This document shows positions 19,023-29,950 of a stretch of 64,000 nucleotides of DNA, piece by piece (the first letter of the stretch is position 1; every line of letters starts with the position of its first letter). The translations under genes and the position numbers were made by a program. The notes below the pieces were generated by a model. The model saw nothing but the letters and a program-made list of their open reading frames with translations, did not search any database and was not told where the DNA came from. The DNA is from Candidatus Poribacteria bacterium (GTDB lineage Bacteria; Poribacteria; WGA-4E; WGA-3G), in NCBI GenBank assembly GCA_963663765.2, contig CAXXUA010000011.1:96001-160000 (forward strand). Direction: 5' to 3'.

Positions 19023-22022
19023 TTAACGAATGATTGCGAATCTTCCAATTTTATTTCCAATTACATCGTTCTTTTCATCTTGTGCTTCAACATGGAAAAT
19101 ATAGACACCGCTTGCAAGTGCTTGATTATATCGATTTAGCAAATCAAATTCGGCAGTTCCTCCTTTGTTCCCTTGTGCCAATCGTTCATCAGGATTGAAG
19201 TCTGTATCACTATCGTGTTTGATTTCCCGAACCAACTCACCAACCAAGGTATAAATCCGAATTGTACAACGAGGAGGTAGCTTTGTGAAAAATACCTTAT
19301 CAGTTCCTTCTGAATTCACTGCTTTATTTGTTACAAAGTATGGGTTTGGTACGACCCGGATATTCCCAAGATCATTCTTTATGCTTTCATCTGCGAGTGA
19401 TCCACCCGTTGTATTCAATAATAGTTCGTCACCGTCTTGAGGTGCAGATTCACCACCCATTTCAACTGTAAATACATCACCAGCAGAGAGTTCACCATTG
19501 GGATCAAAGATATATACGTAAGCACTGCGGATGTAAATCCGGAAAAAACCAGGTGTATCCTCTGGATTGTATTCATCACTCCAAACTGAACCAGTCAATA
19601 TTGCATATCCATCGGCACGTTCAGGGTTGAATTCAATTTCCTCACCTGATTCTTCGTCCACAACTTTGACATGGGTATCGTCTATAAACGAAATAGTATA
19701 GGTATGGGGACGAAAATATGTTGACCACCAGACATTTGGCCATGAATTCTCACCGACCCCGGGTGATTCTGTTATCACAGAATAATCCGTAACAGTACCT
19801 TCAGTTAGTTTTACAGAGTTAACTGAGTTTTCACCTGGGGAATCATAAGATACATTAAAACCTATAATTTTCAAAATAATTCCATCAAACAATGGAGAGA
19901 GAATTTCAACAGCTTCTTGATGTTCAGGATCGTACCATCCAAAAGGCTGTTTTTCAACCACTGTTTTATTGGTTGAAGTATCAATAATTTCATAAGCAGG
20001 AGGTTGATAACCGGGACCCGTAATGTATGCTCCAGCTCCTGTTTGTTTTGCACCATACCAAACTATTTTGTATTGATTCCCAGTAACCTTATCGGGGATG
20101 AGTACCATCGGTTCAACTGTTACTGCAAGTGAGCTTGTGGGGTCAATCTCAATGATCGGTTCTCTATATCCTGCAGGTTGTGCACGTGGAACAACATGAA
20201 CCATCGTTTCAATCTGACTGCTTTCCATTGCGGGTAACATTTTCTTAGGATTACCAGTATCATAAGAGGTGACAGCGTAGGTGTATTGGAGTCCGTTGGT
20301 GAGACCGGTATCGGTAAAGAAATTCTTGATACCGACATCTTCACCAAGTGCAATTGACGGAGTGGAAACAATCTGAAAGATGTCACCTGCTACTGGTGGA
20401 CCAGTAGGTCCATCGGTGATTTTAACATAGAGCCCTCCGAAATATATCTGTTCGCCAGACCGATATGTTCCATCTGGATAGGGTTCCCCTGTATTTGGAT
20501 CTTTTACTACAACATAACCCTCACCATTTGAAGGAAAATCTGGGTTATATTCCATCACTTCCCAAAGTGTAGTATTAATGATTTCGAAACTTGTGCTGGA
20601 ATTGAACTTGATGGCATAGGTTGCACTTTTAAAGAAATCGGCAAAGAACGGCTCATCACCCATACTTTCTATAATTGCATCTGACTTTTTACCGACGTGT
20701 GAAGTAGTGAAAAAATTTCCTGTGTTACTGAATTGGTCGTATTCTATTAGCAATTCCCATTTTTCTATAGGTTTTCCACTATTTTCTTCAAAAGCAGTAT
20801 CACGTCTATATACTCTGTATCCTTCAAAAATCTTTTCTGGATCAGTAATGTCAACATATTCTTCGATACTCTTCTTTTCTTCATTATCAACCCATTGTTC
20901 TTGACTTTCCCATACAAGAGTAACTTGTCCATCAGCAGGGATTGCAGACACCAGTGGTGAGGGAGGAGGTGCGGGGGCAACATAATCATCGTCATATAAT
21001 TTCTGTGCCCAATCTGAAGCAGATTGTAATCCTGTAAGTCCTTCACCAATTGCTACTGCGATGATGACGTTGAATGTCTCACCAGGAGCAAGTGTATCAA
21101 TTGGACCGTAGGATTGGATAAAACGTTGATCGTCATAGTTTGCAGGAAGGGGTTCAATACCAGGGGTACTGATAAGTGCATACATTTCTGCATCTGTTGA
21201 TGGATCAGTGTCTATGGTGATTCGTTTATGTGCAATAAAATCAATTACTGCATCCTCAACGTGTGGATCATTACCCATATACGCATCCAATACACGTAGA
21301 CCTATATACCCTGGAGCAGATCCGTTAGAATATCCATAGGATAAGTAACGGTTTGGGTGTTTTTCTGGATTCAACCCATCAGGTGTTTGATCCAATGCAA
21401 CAAAATCATCCCCAGAGTAATTTGCTGTTCCAGTTTCGTTACTGGATACATCAACGTCATACCGAAAAGCCATGAATACATCTTCAAGTGTGTCGTTTCC
21501 AACATTTTTAACTTGATACTCAATGATAAAGAAATCATAGAGTGGTGCATAGCTCCACTGAAAGCAGTTGACATCAATTTCTAAACCGAGAATTACATCT
21601 GTGTTAACTTCTGTATTTGTATCAGTACATTTGAATTGTATTCGCTGCTGTGTTGGTGTTCCTTTAGATGTTACACCAGGTTTTTGAGAGTAAATATTTA
21701 CAGGTAGTCCTGTCTCTGGATGCATAATTGGAATAGGCCAAATCTCACTTTGTCTTCCATCAGCCTCAGCGACACCGACCTCACCGTTCTTTTTTGCGCC
21801 AATCCAGATATCACCTTCATAAATATAGGAGTCGTTTGTACCTGCTGGCCACCATCCTGAAGGGTTCAACGTGGGGTTACTTGGAAAACCGACTACACCT
21901 GTATTGAAAATAGCAGATGATAGATTTCCAACATCAAGGGCTTCCCATTCTTCTGCAGCATTTGCAGAGAGGACAGTAACTGCTATAACCGTGAATAACA
22001 AACTTTTTCGCAGTAATTTCAT
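19023..22022 (-). CDS. Large secreted protein with an Fn3-like segment and a T9SS/FlgD-like C-terminal domain
   Basis: Signal peptide; APPPSP..GQVTLVW, FEGYRVYR, YTYAVTSYD; C-terminal VVPNPY...IRIYTLVGELV...ASGVYIFHV...FAIIR. Confidence 0.8.
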   Translation of the reverse strand: MKLLRKSLLFTVIAVTVLSANAAEEWEALDVGNLSSAIFNTGVVGFPSNPTLNPSGWWPAGTNDSYIYEGDIWIGAKKNGEVGVAEADGRQSEIWPIPIMHPETGLPVNIYSQKPGVTSKGTPTQQRIQFKCTDTNTEVNTDVILGLEIDVNCFQWSYAPLYDFFIIEYQVKNVGNDTLEDVFMAFRYDVDVSSNETGTANYSGDDFVALDQTPDGLNPEKHPNRYLSYGYSNGSAPGYIGLRVLDAYMGNDPHVEDAVIDFIAHKRITIDTDPSTDAEMYALISTPGIEPLPANYDDQRFIQSYGPIDTLAPGETFNVIIAVAIGEGLTGLQSASDWAQKLYDDDYVAPAPPPSPLVSAIPADGQVTLVWESQEQWVDNEEKKSIEEYVDITDPEKIFEGYRVYRRDTAFEENSGKPIEKWELLIEYDQFSNTGNFFTTSHVGKKSDAIIESMGDEPFFADFFKSATYAIKFNSSTSFEIINTTLWEVMEYNPDFPSNGEGYVVVKDPNTGEPYPDGTYRSGEQIYFGGLYVKITDGPTGPPVAGDIFQIVSTPSIALGEDVGIKNFFTDTGLTNGLQYTYAVTSYDTGNPKKMLPAMESSQIETMVHVVPRAQPAGYREPIIEIDPTSSLAVTVEPMVLIPDKVTGNQYKIVWYGAKQTGAGAYITGPGYQPPAYEIIDTSTNKTVVEKQPFGWYDPEHQEAVEILSPLFDGIILKIIGFNVSYDSPGENSVNSVKLTEGTVTDYSVITESPGVGENSWPNVWWSTYFRPHTYTISFIDDTHVKVVDEESGEEIEFNPERADGYAILTGSVWSDEYNPEDTPGFFRIYIRSAYVYIFDPNGELSAGDVFTVEMGGESAPQDGDELLLNTTGGSLADESIKNDLGNIRVVPNPYFVTNKAVNSEGTDKVFFTKLPPRCTIRIYTLVGELVREIKHDSDTDFNPDERLAQGNKGGTAEFDLLNRYNQALASGVYIFHVEAQDEKNDVIGNKIGRFAIIR

Positions 22023-22156
22023 TTTTTTCTCCTTTTTCCCTCTTATAGTGCGGTGTTCTCAAATTCAACCATTTTCAGACACTTGCAAAAATATCAGTTC
22101 TTATTGCTAATTATATCATACTTCACGTTTTTGTTTTCTGAACTCTACTAAAGCAT

Positions 22157-24067
22157 TCACTGGTCTTCAGTGATCTCATAAATACGGTACCTTTGTCTAT
22201 TACCATTACCAACGTTAACTTCTTCATCATAAATCAATGGGAAATCATATTCTGTTTGTGTAATTGAGAAGAGATACGGAATTGCCCTTGCTGCGCGTGC
22301 TTCATTTGCCCTTTGTATAAGATTGTCCAATGTACTTGCTCCACTTTGGATGATTCTGTATGTTGATCTGTCAGCATGATACATCAAGTCAAAATGTGCG
22401 CCGATGCGTTGATCATCCGTGAAAAAACAAGCATTTTCAGGAAATTCACTTTGTATACGTTTCCCGCTTTCTACATACAATGGTGTTTGTGCATTCCGTT
22501 CTATTACGTTGTTAGTAGCATCTACATATCTACCTACATAAAAGAATGCAATACCGAGTGCTGCAATTCGAACACCCATCCATATCCATTTTTGCCATCC
22601 TGTTTTGCGTATCAGTAAATAAATCCCACAGAATACTGACAGTAAAATTCCAAATACAATAAGTTGTTCAACAATAACAAAATGCTTGTGAATAATCTTT
22701 GCAAATCTATTTATTGCATCAACTTGTAACAATCCGATACCTTTCCCACTTACCATTAGCGAAGTCCATTTCTCTTTGTGGATTAACTTTCCCCCAAGAG
22801 CAATGCCAACAATAGCCAGCATTGATGAACCCCAAATAGCAGTGTAAATCCAATCCTTTCGTTTCCAAACCCGACTAATGACAGCAGCCAAACATATTAG
22901 CAACGGTGGTACAGAAATCATTGTCGCTGAAGGTGTTTTTGTAGTTGCAAATGTATGCGGTACAATAACACCTATAGCCCAAGCCAACAAAAACAGTTCA
23001 GGCATTCGCCAGTTTTTAACCAAGACAACAAGCAGACACAACACGACTGCAAACAGTGCTGCATAAATCCACGGGTAGAACATCGGCATATATTCAAACA
23101 AAGGTCTGTCCCACGATGCCCCCCAACCTTCAACATTCGTATTTAAATGGTCAATGACACGTTTGTGTTCCCATAGAAACTCCTTCGTATGTCTTATCAA
23201 GCAATAGACTGTCCAAGGTGCTACAGTTGCAATTCCTGCAAGTAGAATTATACCAACATCCTTAAGTCGAATTTGTATGTTTTCTTTAAATAATTCTCGG
23301 TTTTCTTCGTTTTCAATATTATCCTTTGTAGAGTTTCTGCGGTATAAATGCTTTTTTAACTTTTCAACATAAGTAGGGATTCTGGGCAATATATGTCGTT
23401 TGAACCACACAACAAACCACACAGAAAATGCTATACCAAACGTAATCAGTGCCAGGTAACTTTTTGAGAGATATGCAATTCCCATTGCTATCCCTGCTAA
23501 GATATAATTTCTACGACTTCCACTCCGCATTCCAAGAAGCAAGAACCAACATGAAACTTGCACCCACAGAAGCAGTGCTATATCTATGTGATCCGAATAC
23601 CGATAACCGTGAACAGAAGCAAAAAGAAACGGGTTGAAAGCCTGAAGAAACGCTGCAATTAGTCCTGCTCGTTTATCAAAAAGATCAGATGCTATTTTAA
23701 ATGTTAACCAAGCACAGAGAACCAAACTAATCGCCGATGGTAATCGGAGTGCAAATGTGTTGATACCAAATATGAAGTGTGATAGACATATCTGCCACAT
23801 TGCCATTGGCGGCTTGTGTAGCCATATATGGTTTTCTCCCCATTTAGTGTAATCGTATTTAAGCCACGGTTGGTCGTATAATGTAAACCTCAAGGGATGT
23901 TTCGTCAAATTACGAGCGACAATTGCATGATAACTCTCATCCCAATAGTGTGTCTTACTGTGACCAAGGTTTCGCAATACCAATACAAACGATGAAATTA
24001 ATATACAAATAAGAATGATTCTAACAACAAGAGACTCCCTATCTGAGTTTATATTTTCAAAAATCAT
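22157..24067 (-). CDS. ArnT/PMT-like (GT-C) membrane glycosyltransferase
   Basis: WDESYHA, HKPP, ALRLPSA, LSKS and many TM helices. Confidence 0.85.
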   Translation of the reverse strand: MIFENINSDRESLVVRIILICILISSFVLVLRNLGHSKTHYWDESYHAIVARNLTKHPLRFTLYDQPWLKYDYTKWGENHIWLHKPPMAMWQICLSHFIFGINTFALRLPSAISLVLCAWLTFKIASDLFDKRAGLIAAFLQAFNPFLFASVHGYRYSDHIDIALLLWVQVSCWFLLLGMRSGSRRNYILAGIAMGIAYLSKSYLALITFGIAFSVWFVVWFKRHILPRIPTYVEKLKKHLYRRNSTKDNIENEENRELFKENIQIRLKDVGIILLAGIATVAPWTVYCLIRHTKEFLWEHKRVIDHLNTNVEGWGASWDRPLFEYMPMFYPWIYAALFAVVLCLLVVLVKNWRMPELFLLAWAIGVIVPHTFATTKTPSATMISVPPLLICLAAVISRVWKRKDWIYTAIWGSSMLAIVGIALGGKLIHKEKWTSLMVSGKGIGLLQVDAINRFAKIIHKHFVIVEQLIVFGILLSVFCGIYLLIRKTGWQKWIWMGVRIAALGIAFFYVGRYVDATNNVIERNAQTPLYVESGKRIQSEFPENACFFTDDQRIGAHFDLMYHADRSTYRIIQSGASTLDNLIQRANEARAARAIPYLFSITQTEYDFPLIYDEEVNVGNGNRQRYRIYEITEDQ

Positions 24068-24137
24068 CTATGATGTCGCGAGTTGCTGAAATACTTACAG
24101 TCTCTTCCTATTTTGGTATTTACTTTGTGTTTGTTGC

Positions 24138-25139
24138 CTAAACCCATCCATCCTCAATCATCAGGGTTAATGGGGACTCCATCTCTTCCATTGGTAATCT
24201 TACGCGTTGCCTTTTCCGTGATGATTCATATATTGCCATGAGTAGTTCCAACGTTGCATAACCTTCATAACCACTTGAACGGTGTTCTCTATCTTCTTCA
24301 ACGGTTTCTATCATGTCACGAACAGGGTTGCTACCAGATGGTAATTCTGGAGACACCCATTCTCCATTGGATTCTGAGTTACGAATACGAATCCCAGGAC
24401 CACCCGGTGCAGCAAGTTCAAGTTCACCACCTGATCCATAACAGTATATGTGATGATAACCCGGTGCTGTATCGTTCCCAGATTCAATAATTCCTCTTAC
24501 GTTATCTTCAAACTTAAAATATCCAATTGCAAAGTCTTCAGAGTGTAAATCGTATTTTGTTGGTGTGCCGATTCTTTCAATCTGTCCTATAACCCAACTG
24601 ACTGGCTTATCACCATAGACATACAACATAAGGTCGACTGTATGTGTAGCGTTATCCTTTAGGTCTCCACCACCACATATTCCGTGAATGCGGTAAATTT
24701 CACCTATCGCACCGTCTGCAATCATCTGTCGTGCATGTTGGTAGGGAGTGCTAAAGCGTACTTGATGGTCAATTGCAAGTTTCACACCATGTTGTTTACA
24801 TGCTTCAAGCATTGATTTTGCTTGTCCAAGGTTTTCTGCCATCGGTTTTTCAGATAAAATACCCTTGACCCTTCGTTTAGCAGTTTCAACCACAATCGGT
24901 GCATGGTGTTTCGGGCGCGTACACACTGAAACCAGATCAATCTCTTCGTTTTCAAGCATGTCAACGTAATCAGTGTATTTTTTCTCTACGTTATGCCTTT
25001 CACCGAACGAGTTTAATCGTTCTTCGTCAAGGTCAGCAATTGCTATAATATTAGTTCTCGGTTCGTTCACATACCATCCTGCATGCATATGTGAAATACC
25101 ACCGCAACCGACTATTGCAACGTTGTAGTTTTTATCCAT
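24138..25139 (-). CDS. Gfo/Idh/MocA oxidoreductase
   Basis: AIVGCGGIS Rossmann motif, EKPMA, DNATH. Confidence 0.92.
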   Translation of the reverse strand: MDKNYNVAIVGCGGISHMHAGWYVNEPRTNIIAIADLDEERLNSFGERHNVEKKYTDYVDMLENEEIDLVSVCTRPKHHAPIVVETAKRRVKGILSEKPMAENLGQAKSMLEACKQHGVKLAIDHQVRFSTPYQHARQMIADGAIGEIYRIHGICGGGDLKDNATHTVDLMLYVYGDKPVSWVIGQIERIGTPTKYDLHSEDFAIGYFKFEDNVRGIIESGNDTAPGYHHIYCYGSGGELELAAPGGPGIRIRNSESNGEWVSPELPSGSNPVRDMIETVEEDREHRSSGYEGYATLELLMAIYESSRKRQRVRLPMEEMESPLTLMIEDGWV

Positions 25140-25156
25140 TCATATTCCTTTCATTA

Positions 25157-25984
25157 CTATAAGCCAGATTCGTTTATTTTATTGTAGATGTCAGTTCCCA
25201 TGGTCACCAATTCCTCTCGAATTTCATCCCAATCATCTCGGTCATTTTTACCTTTGTTTAGGACAGGAAATTGAACTCTTATCTGCTTCGGAGAGTCGTT
25301 ATAGTCATAGGTATAGTCAGATTCCGGAAATAATTCCATCACACCGTCTCTACGATCCAAAGGATTTTCTCCCTGGAAGTACAACTGAATATAACAACGT
25401 TGGTTGGAAACAAAAAGGCAGACACTAATATTGCGAATACTTTTCGGTATCCAACCATCATTACTAAGAGGAACGGGTCTTCCAGTAAATAACTCACCAA
25501 ACTTACCTTCTCGGATAGGAGCCCAAAACTCGCTATACCCAACTTCACCGTGTTTTTCAGTTTGAATATCTATTGCGGGGCGCGCAACATGATGAAAAGA
25601 GAGTTCGTTGTGTGAATTTGCTTGTGCTTGAATCAGATACCAATTGACGTTACTATCTTCATTGCGTAGATTGCAGGTAACTATCATTAGTTCTTCAAAG
25701 TCTTCTGCAACTAAAACTGCTACATCAGCCTTCTTTAATCGTGCATAAGCTTCAAGTCTACCCCAATGATCCCAATCTGCTTTACCAAATTGGTTTTCAA
25801 TTACAAGTGTACCATCCTCTCCATCAGCAACAATATCTGCTCTTCGTGTGCCGACATTGGCTTCTGTTTCTGGGTCTTCAAAATCACCGACGTTAAGTGC
25901 GTCAAGAGTATTGGCAAGATCCGCTGAGAATTCCTCTTCACGGTTATATATCTCGGATAGTGGTTTTGTTTTTTGTAGGTTCAT
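25157..25984 (-). CDS. PD-(D/E)XK-like nuclease with a DUF4268-type C-terminus
   Basis: EANVG..RADIVA...VIENQ..D.DH.G pattern, followed by an EFW-initiated domain. Confidence 0.65.
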   Translation of the reverse strand: MNLQKTKPLSEIYNREEEFSADLANTLDALNVGDFEDPETEANVGTRRADIVADGEDGTLVIENQFGKADWDHWGRLEAYARLKKADVAVLVAEDFEELMIVTCNLRNEDSNVNWYLIQAQANSHNELSFHHVARPAIDIQTEKHGEVGYSEFWAPIREGKFGELFTGRPVPLSNDGWIPKSIRNISVCLFVSNQRCYIQLYFQGENPLDRRDGVMELFPESDYTYDYNDSPKQIRVQFPVLNKGKNDRDDWDEIREELVTMGTDIYNKINESGL

Positions 25985-26007
25985 TTGAGTTTCCCATACA
26001 ATACTTG

Positions 26008-26244
26008 TTATCGTTCGTGATGAATATTTAGGTGTTTAGTGTCGTCCATGACTTTTAATACGAATCTTAATGCTTCATTAACGACTTTTTCGTTCGGAAA
26101 AGCTGCGGCAACATCTGGATCAAGTTTGATAATATTTGTACCGGCAGTGTATTGCTCAGCATATTTTCCACGGATACCGTTTTTTAGCAACGTTTCATCG
26201 TATTCAGGACGCAATTCGTCATTAAGATCGGATTTGTTATCCAT
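26008..26244 (-). CDS. BrnT-associated antitoxin (BrnA-like)
   Basis: DELRPEYD...RGKY...LDPDVAAAF...VNEALR. Overlaps the brnT stop; start taken at MDNKSD. Confidence 0.8.
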   Translation of the reverse strand: MDNKSDLNDELRPEYDETLLKNGIRGKYAEQYTAGTNIIKLDPDVAAAFPNEKVVNEALRFVLKVMDDTKHLNIHHER

Positions 26245-26509
26245 TTTCGTATATTCTCCGTTCTCTGAGTGTAGTTTTACGAGCATTGATAATTCGGATT
26301 CGCTGCCCGCGATCTGTATGAGAAATAATTAATAACCTTCTTTGAATTGACTCACCAATTGTAATGTTTCTACTCTCATCATGTGAATGATCTGGATCAA
26401 AAAATGTAAGGGACAAAGGATCCGCAAATACAGTTGATGCTTCGTGAAAAGATACATTATGTTTAGAAAAATTATTTGCTGCTTTGTTAGGGTCCCATTC
26501 AAATTCCAT
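26237..26509 (-). CDS. brnT: BrnT-family toxin (DUF497)
   Basis: MEFEWDPNKA..N..KH.VSF.EA..VFADP...E.R...IG...IRIINAR. Confidence 0.9.
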   Translation of the reverse strand: MEFEWDPNKAANNFSKHNVSFHEASTVFADPLSLTFFDPDHSHDESRNITIGESIQRRLLIISHTDRGQRIRIINARKTTLRERRIYENG

Positions 26510-26560
26510 AATGTCAACTTAGAACCGGCTTGACAATGTTTTTTGAACACTCATGTTCAA

Positions 26561-26700
26561 TCATCGCTTCAGTAACTTGGCTATTTCCACGTCATAGTTG
26601 TCATAGATACTTATTTCAGGACTTTCCCAATATTCTGCAATAGTTGAAAAGCGCTGGCGTAAATCTGCTGCTTAAACTTCGCCAATACCACATTCATTGA
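26561..26700 (-). pseudogene. Relic of a small antitoxin-like gene
   Basis: Manual translation GIGEV*AADLRQRFSTIAEYWESPEISIYDNYD resembles small proteins ending in W.xPE..IYD; internal stop, no intact start. Confidence 0.4.
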
Positions 26701-26710
26701 ATCTGCCCTC

Positions 26711-29700
26711 CTAAAAATCCAAACTCACTCCCACCATCATCAATCGCGGTGAACTCCATGAAGCTGGACTTGTATGTTTCTGTGCAGACAATGGAATACC
26801 ATACCTATCATAGGTAACTTCATCAATCAGATCATATAGGTTTTTTGTGTTGAAGATGTTACGAATATCCGCGAAGAAGGTATAGGTTATTCCTCTGATT
26901 TTACTCCGTTTGCTAATAAGTGCATCAACATTGTAGGTTGCAGGGTAACGTTTGGAGTTCACTGCAGGTTTGATGGGTGCACGGGGATTTGGTGTGTAGG
27001 GCAAGCCACTTGCATATCTTCCAACTAAGTTCACAGCAGAGGTAAAGGGTAACTGAATATCCAAGGTTGCAGATACAATATGACGTTGATCCCAATCTAA
27101 CGGATGACTTTCGGTCACTTCCGGTTGAGAACGATATGCAGTTAGATATCCCAATGCACGACTGGAACCCTTACCTTTGGCAACAGAATAGGTATAACTC
27201 AGCATCCCAGAGACAGGACTATTTCCTGTTCGCCACTTTCGGATAGCAAGTTCAAAACCCTGAACGCGTCCATATATATCATTGATGAAATAACTATAAT
27301 CGTTATTTATCCCTACGTATACACTACTGACAAGGTTGTTTATATCCTTTGTAAAACCAGTGATGTCAACTGTTAAGTCGTCCGTGAACTGTTGAATGAT
27401 ACCAACTTCATAAGCAATAGTTTTTTCCGGTTCAAGATCAGGATTCCCTCGTCTTCGGATTGCGCCGCGCATGTCAAAACTAAGATTTTCATAGAGATCG
27501 TCACCTCTCGGTATTTGATAATAGTGTCCATAGGTGAAGTGCAATTTCGTCTGGTCAGTTATTGGAAAGGAAATACCAAGACGAGGTGCGATCATGTGTT
27601 TGATAGAGGCATTAACTGGTTCATTGATGATAGGTAATCCAGATTTGATAAGTTTATCTTCACGTGCAAAGGAATCAAAGAGATCAGTCAGGTAGTCTGG
27701 TAGTTCGTCTCTTTTAACTTCTTCACCGGAACTTGTGACGAGTTGAACTTTACCGTCTTCACTTCTTTCGTGTCTGATTGTTTTGATTGTGCCATCATCA
27801 TTCAGTTCAAGTGGGTCCTCTGGGTTTTTAGGTGAGATACCATCTGGATCATAACGGTCATACCGTAATCCGATATTGACAATCATACCAGAATACTCCA
27901 TTTTATCTTGAGCATATAAACTGAGTGAAGATGGCGTGACATCATAATACTCCATATATAAGTTTGAACTACCATAGTTCGTAGTGCCAAGATAGTAGAG
28001 ATGGTTTGTGGAAAATTCAATTCCAGTCTGAATTTGGTGATTTTCCGTAATTTGACTTGCATAATTCCCTTTGAATATTGATGTTGTGGAATTGCGATCA
28101 ATCCAAGAGTTGTTATCTCCTGCGACAAAATAAGTTGAATCGTTATATGCCTGCTGGGCTGGGTTCCTAATTCTTCCTTCTATTTGATTCTGCATAAAAA
28201 CAGCTATTGCTGGATCGGGATACTGTTCAGCAATTACGGGGTCGACAGTAATCTCAGGATCCCAAGCATTTTCATCAAACTCTTTATTAAGCGGTTCCCA
28301 AACTTTACCGGGTTGATGACTGCTATAGGAACGGTGGAATTGTCCAAAAGTCAGTGTATAAAATGTACCTGAGTTAATATTGTGTGAAAGTTGAACAGAA
28401 AGACTACGTCCATCTCTATTATCTACCTCAATCGCGTTTGGGACGAACCGCAAACTACCACCATATCTATTGATTTCCCGGACATCGTAGAGCCCACTTG
28501 CTGTGAGTTTGACTTTAGGGGTAATCTCATACTTGAGTTTTCCCTGTAACGTGTGTCCTCCGCTACCACTATTGGGTAGATAACTTTCATCGCGACGCAA
28601 CTGACTGGCGAAGGAGAACGTTAAGCGATTGTCCCATATTGGACCACTAAGTGCGAATTCTCCTATATGACTCGGTGATAAACCATAGTCTTTATTATCA
28701 TTAAACAATCCACTGTACTCCTCCAAATCCACTATGTAACCATCAAATAATGTAACCTGTTTTTTCTCGTAGTCAATAATAGTACCATCAGCACCTTTGA
28801 AGGGTTGTCGGTCCATAATGATTTCACCTGTATCAGGATCAACCATGTGTTCACCAGTTTCTTGATCGGTTACTGGTTGTAGCGGATTTACTGTTCTATC
28901 TATATATACACCCGGATAGATCTCCGTGAAGACAATCTTTTCATCACCTTCAAGATTTTCTAAGTCTTCTACAGTAAGTTGACTTAGTTCGGCATCACGA
29001 TAGGGTTTCTGATATTCATAGGGTTTTCCTAAGAATACACCTCTAAAAGGTTCAAGTGCAATCGGACGAAAGTCGTTGTCTGGGTCAAACCAAGCTCCAT
29101 AGACAGGGTCACCATGATGCTGTCCCCATTGACCTACCCTATACCTGAAACTCCCCTTAAATTTGTTTGTACCAACTTTAGTGATTAGATTGATGATACC
29201 GGATTGTGCATCACCGTGTTCGGCATTGAATCCACCAGTAATCACTTCCATCTGCTCAAGTGCATTTGTGCTAATTTGCAATCCCAGTCCTCTAAATATT
29301 GGATCATTTACTGGAATCCCATCAATTAGATATTTTGTCTCCATTGACCTTCCACCGCGTATATGTAGTGAACCAGATGAATTTAGGACAGCAATTCCAG
29401 CTTGTGTTTGAAGAATACCGTTTACGGTATCACGCGGCATTGAAGAAATCTCATCCTTTTCAATTATCCGAGTCGTTTGTGTAACATCTTTTTTGATAAG
29501 CGGTTTGGTTGCTGTTACAGTTACACCTTCCAGTTCAACAACTTCAGATGCTTCTAAAGAAAAGTTTACTGTTGTAGTTAAGCCTGCAAATACTTTGGAT
29601 TCTGTTATTGTCTTTGAACGGTAGCCGGTGATTTCAACTTGTATATCATAATCACCAGGAGAGATGTTGGTCATAACGAAATAACCGGATTCGTTTGTTG

Positions 29701-29890
29701 TGGTAGTCGTGCTTGAGTCAACAATTGTAACTGTTGCATTTGCAATAGGTTCTTTTGTGGCTTCAGCAGTGACGATACCGGATATCTTGCCTGTAGTCGC
29801 AGCATGCATACTTTGTATGAAGATGAAGTTGGTAAAGGTGAAAATACTCAAAATAATCAACCAAATTTTGAAGATATTATCTACTTTCAT
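26711..29890 (-). CDS. TonB-dependent receptor with an N-terminal carboxypeptidase-regulatory-like domain
   Basis: GKISGIV, plug HIRGGR..YLIDG, ITGGFNAEHG..SGIIN, APRLGISFP, GNPDLEPE, terminal Phe. Confidence 0.93.
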   Translation of the reverse strand: MKVDNIFKIWLIILSIFTFTNFIFIQSMHAATTGKISGIVTAEATKEPIANATVTIVDSSTTTTTNESGYFVMTNISPGDYDIQVEITGYRSKTITESKVFAGLTTTVNFSLEASEVVELEGVTVTATKPLIKKDVTQTTRIIEKDEISSMPRDTVNGILQTQAGIAVLNSSGSLHIRGGRSMETKYLIDGIPVNDPIFRGLGLQISTNALEQMEVITGGFNAEHGDAQSGIINLITKVGTNKFKGSFRYRVGQWGQHHGDPVYGAWFDPDNDFRPIALEPFRGVFLGKPYEYQKPYRDAELSQLTVEDLENLEGDEKIVFTEIYPGVYIDRTVNPLQPVTDQETGEHMVDPDTGEIIMDRQPFKGADGTIIDYEKKQVTLFDGYIVDLEEYSGLFNDNKDYGLSPSHIGEFALSGPIWDNRLTFSFASQLRRDESYLPNSGSGGHTLQGKLKYEITPKVKLTASGLYDVREINRYGGSLRFVPNAIEVDNRDGRSLSVQLSHNINSGTFYTLTFGQFHRSYSSHQPGKVWEPLNKEFDENAWDPEITVDPVIAEQYPDPAIAVFMQNQIEGRIRNPAQQAYNDSTYFVAGDNNSWIDRNSTTSIFKGNYASQITENHQIQTGIEFSTNHLYYLGTTNYGSSNLYMEYYDVTPSSLSLYAQDKMEYSGMIVNIGLRYDRYDPDGISPKNPEDPLELNDDGTIKTIRHERSEDGKVQLVTSSGEEVKRDELPDYLTDLFDSFAREDKLIKSGLPIINEPVNASIKHMIAPRLGISFPITDQTKLHFTYGHYYQIPRGDDLYENLSFDMRGAIRRRGNPDLEPEKTIAYEVGIIQQFTDDLTVDITGFTKDINNLVSSVYVGINNDYSYFINDIYGRVQGFELAIRKWRTGNSPVSGMLSYTYSVAKGKGSSRALGYLTAYRSQPEVTESHPLDWDQRHIVSATLDIQLPFTSAVNLVGRYASGLPYTPNPRAPIKPAVNSKRYPATYNVDALISKRSKIRGITYTFFADIRNIFNTKNLYDLIDEVTYDRYGIPLSAQKHTSPASWSSPRLMMVGVSLDF

Positions 29891-29950
29891 TTAAATACTC
29901 CTTATCTTCGTAGATATGATATAAGATCATATACGGATGTTTAGCAAATC

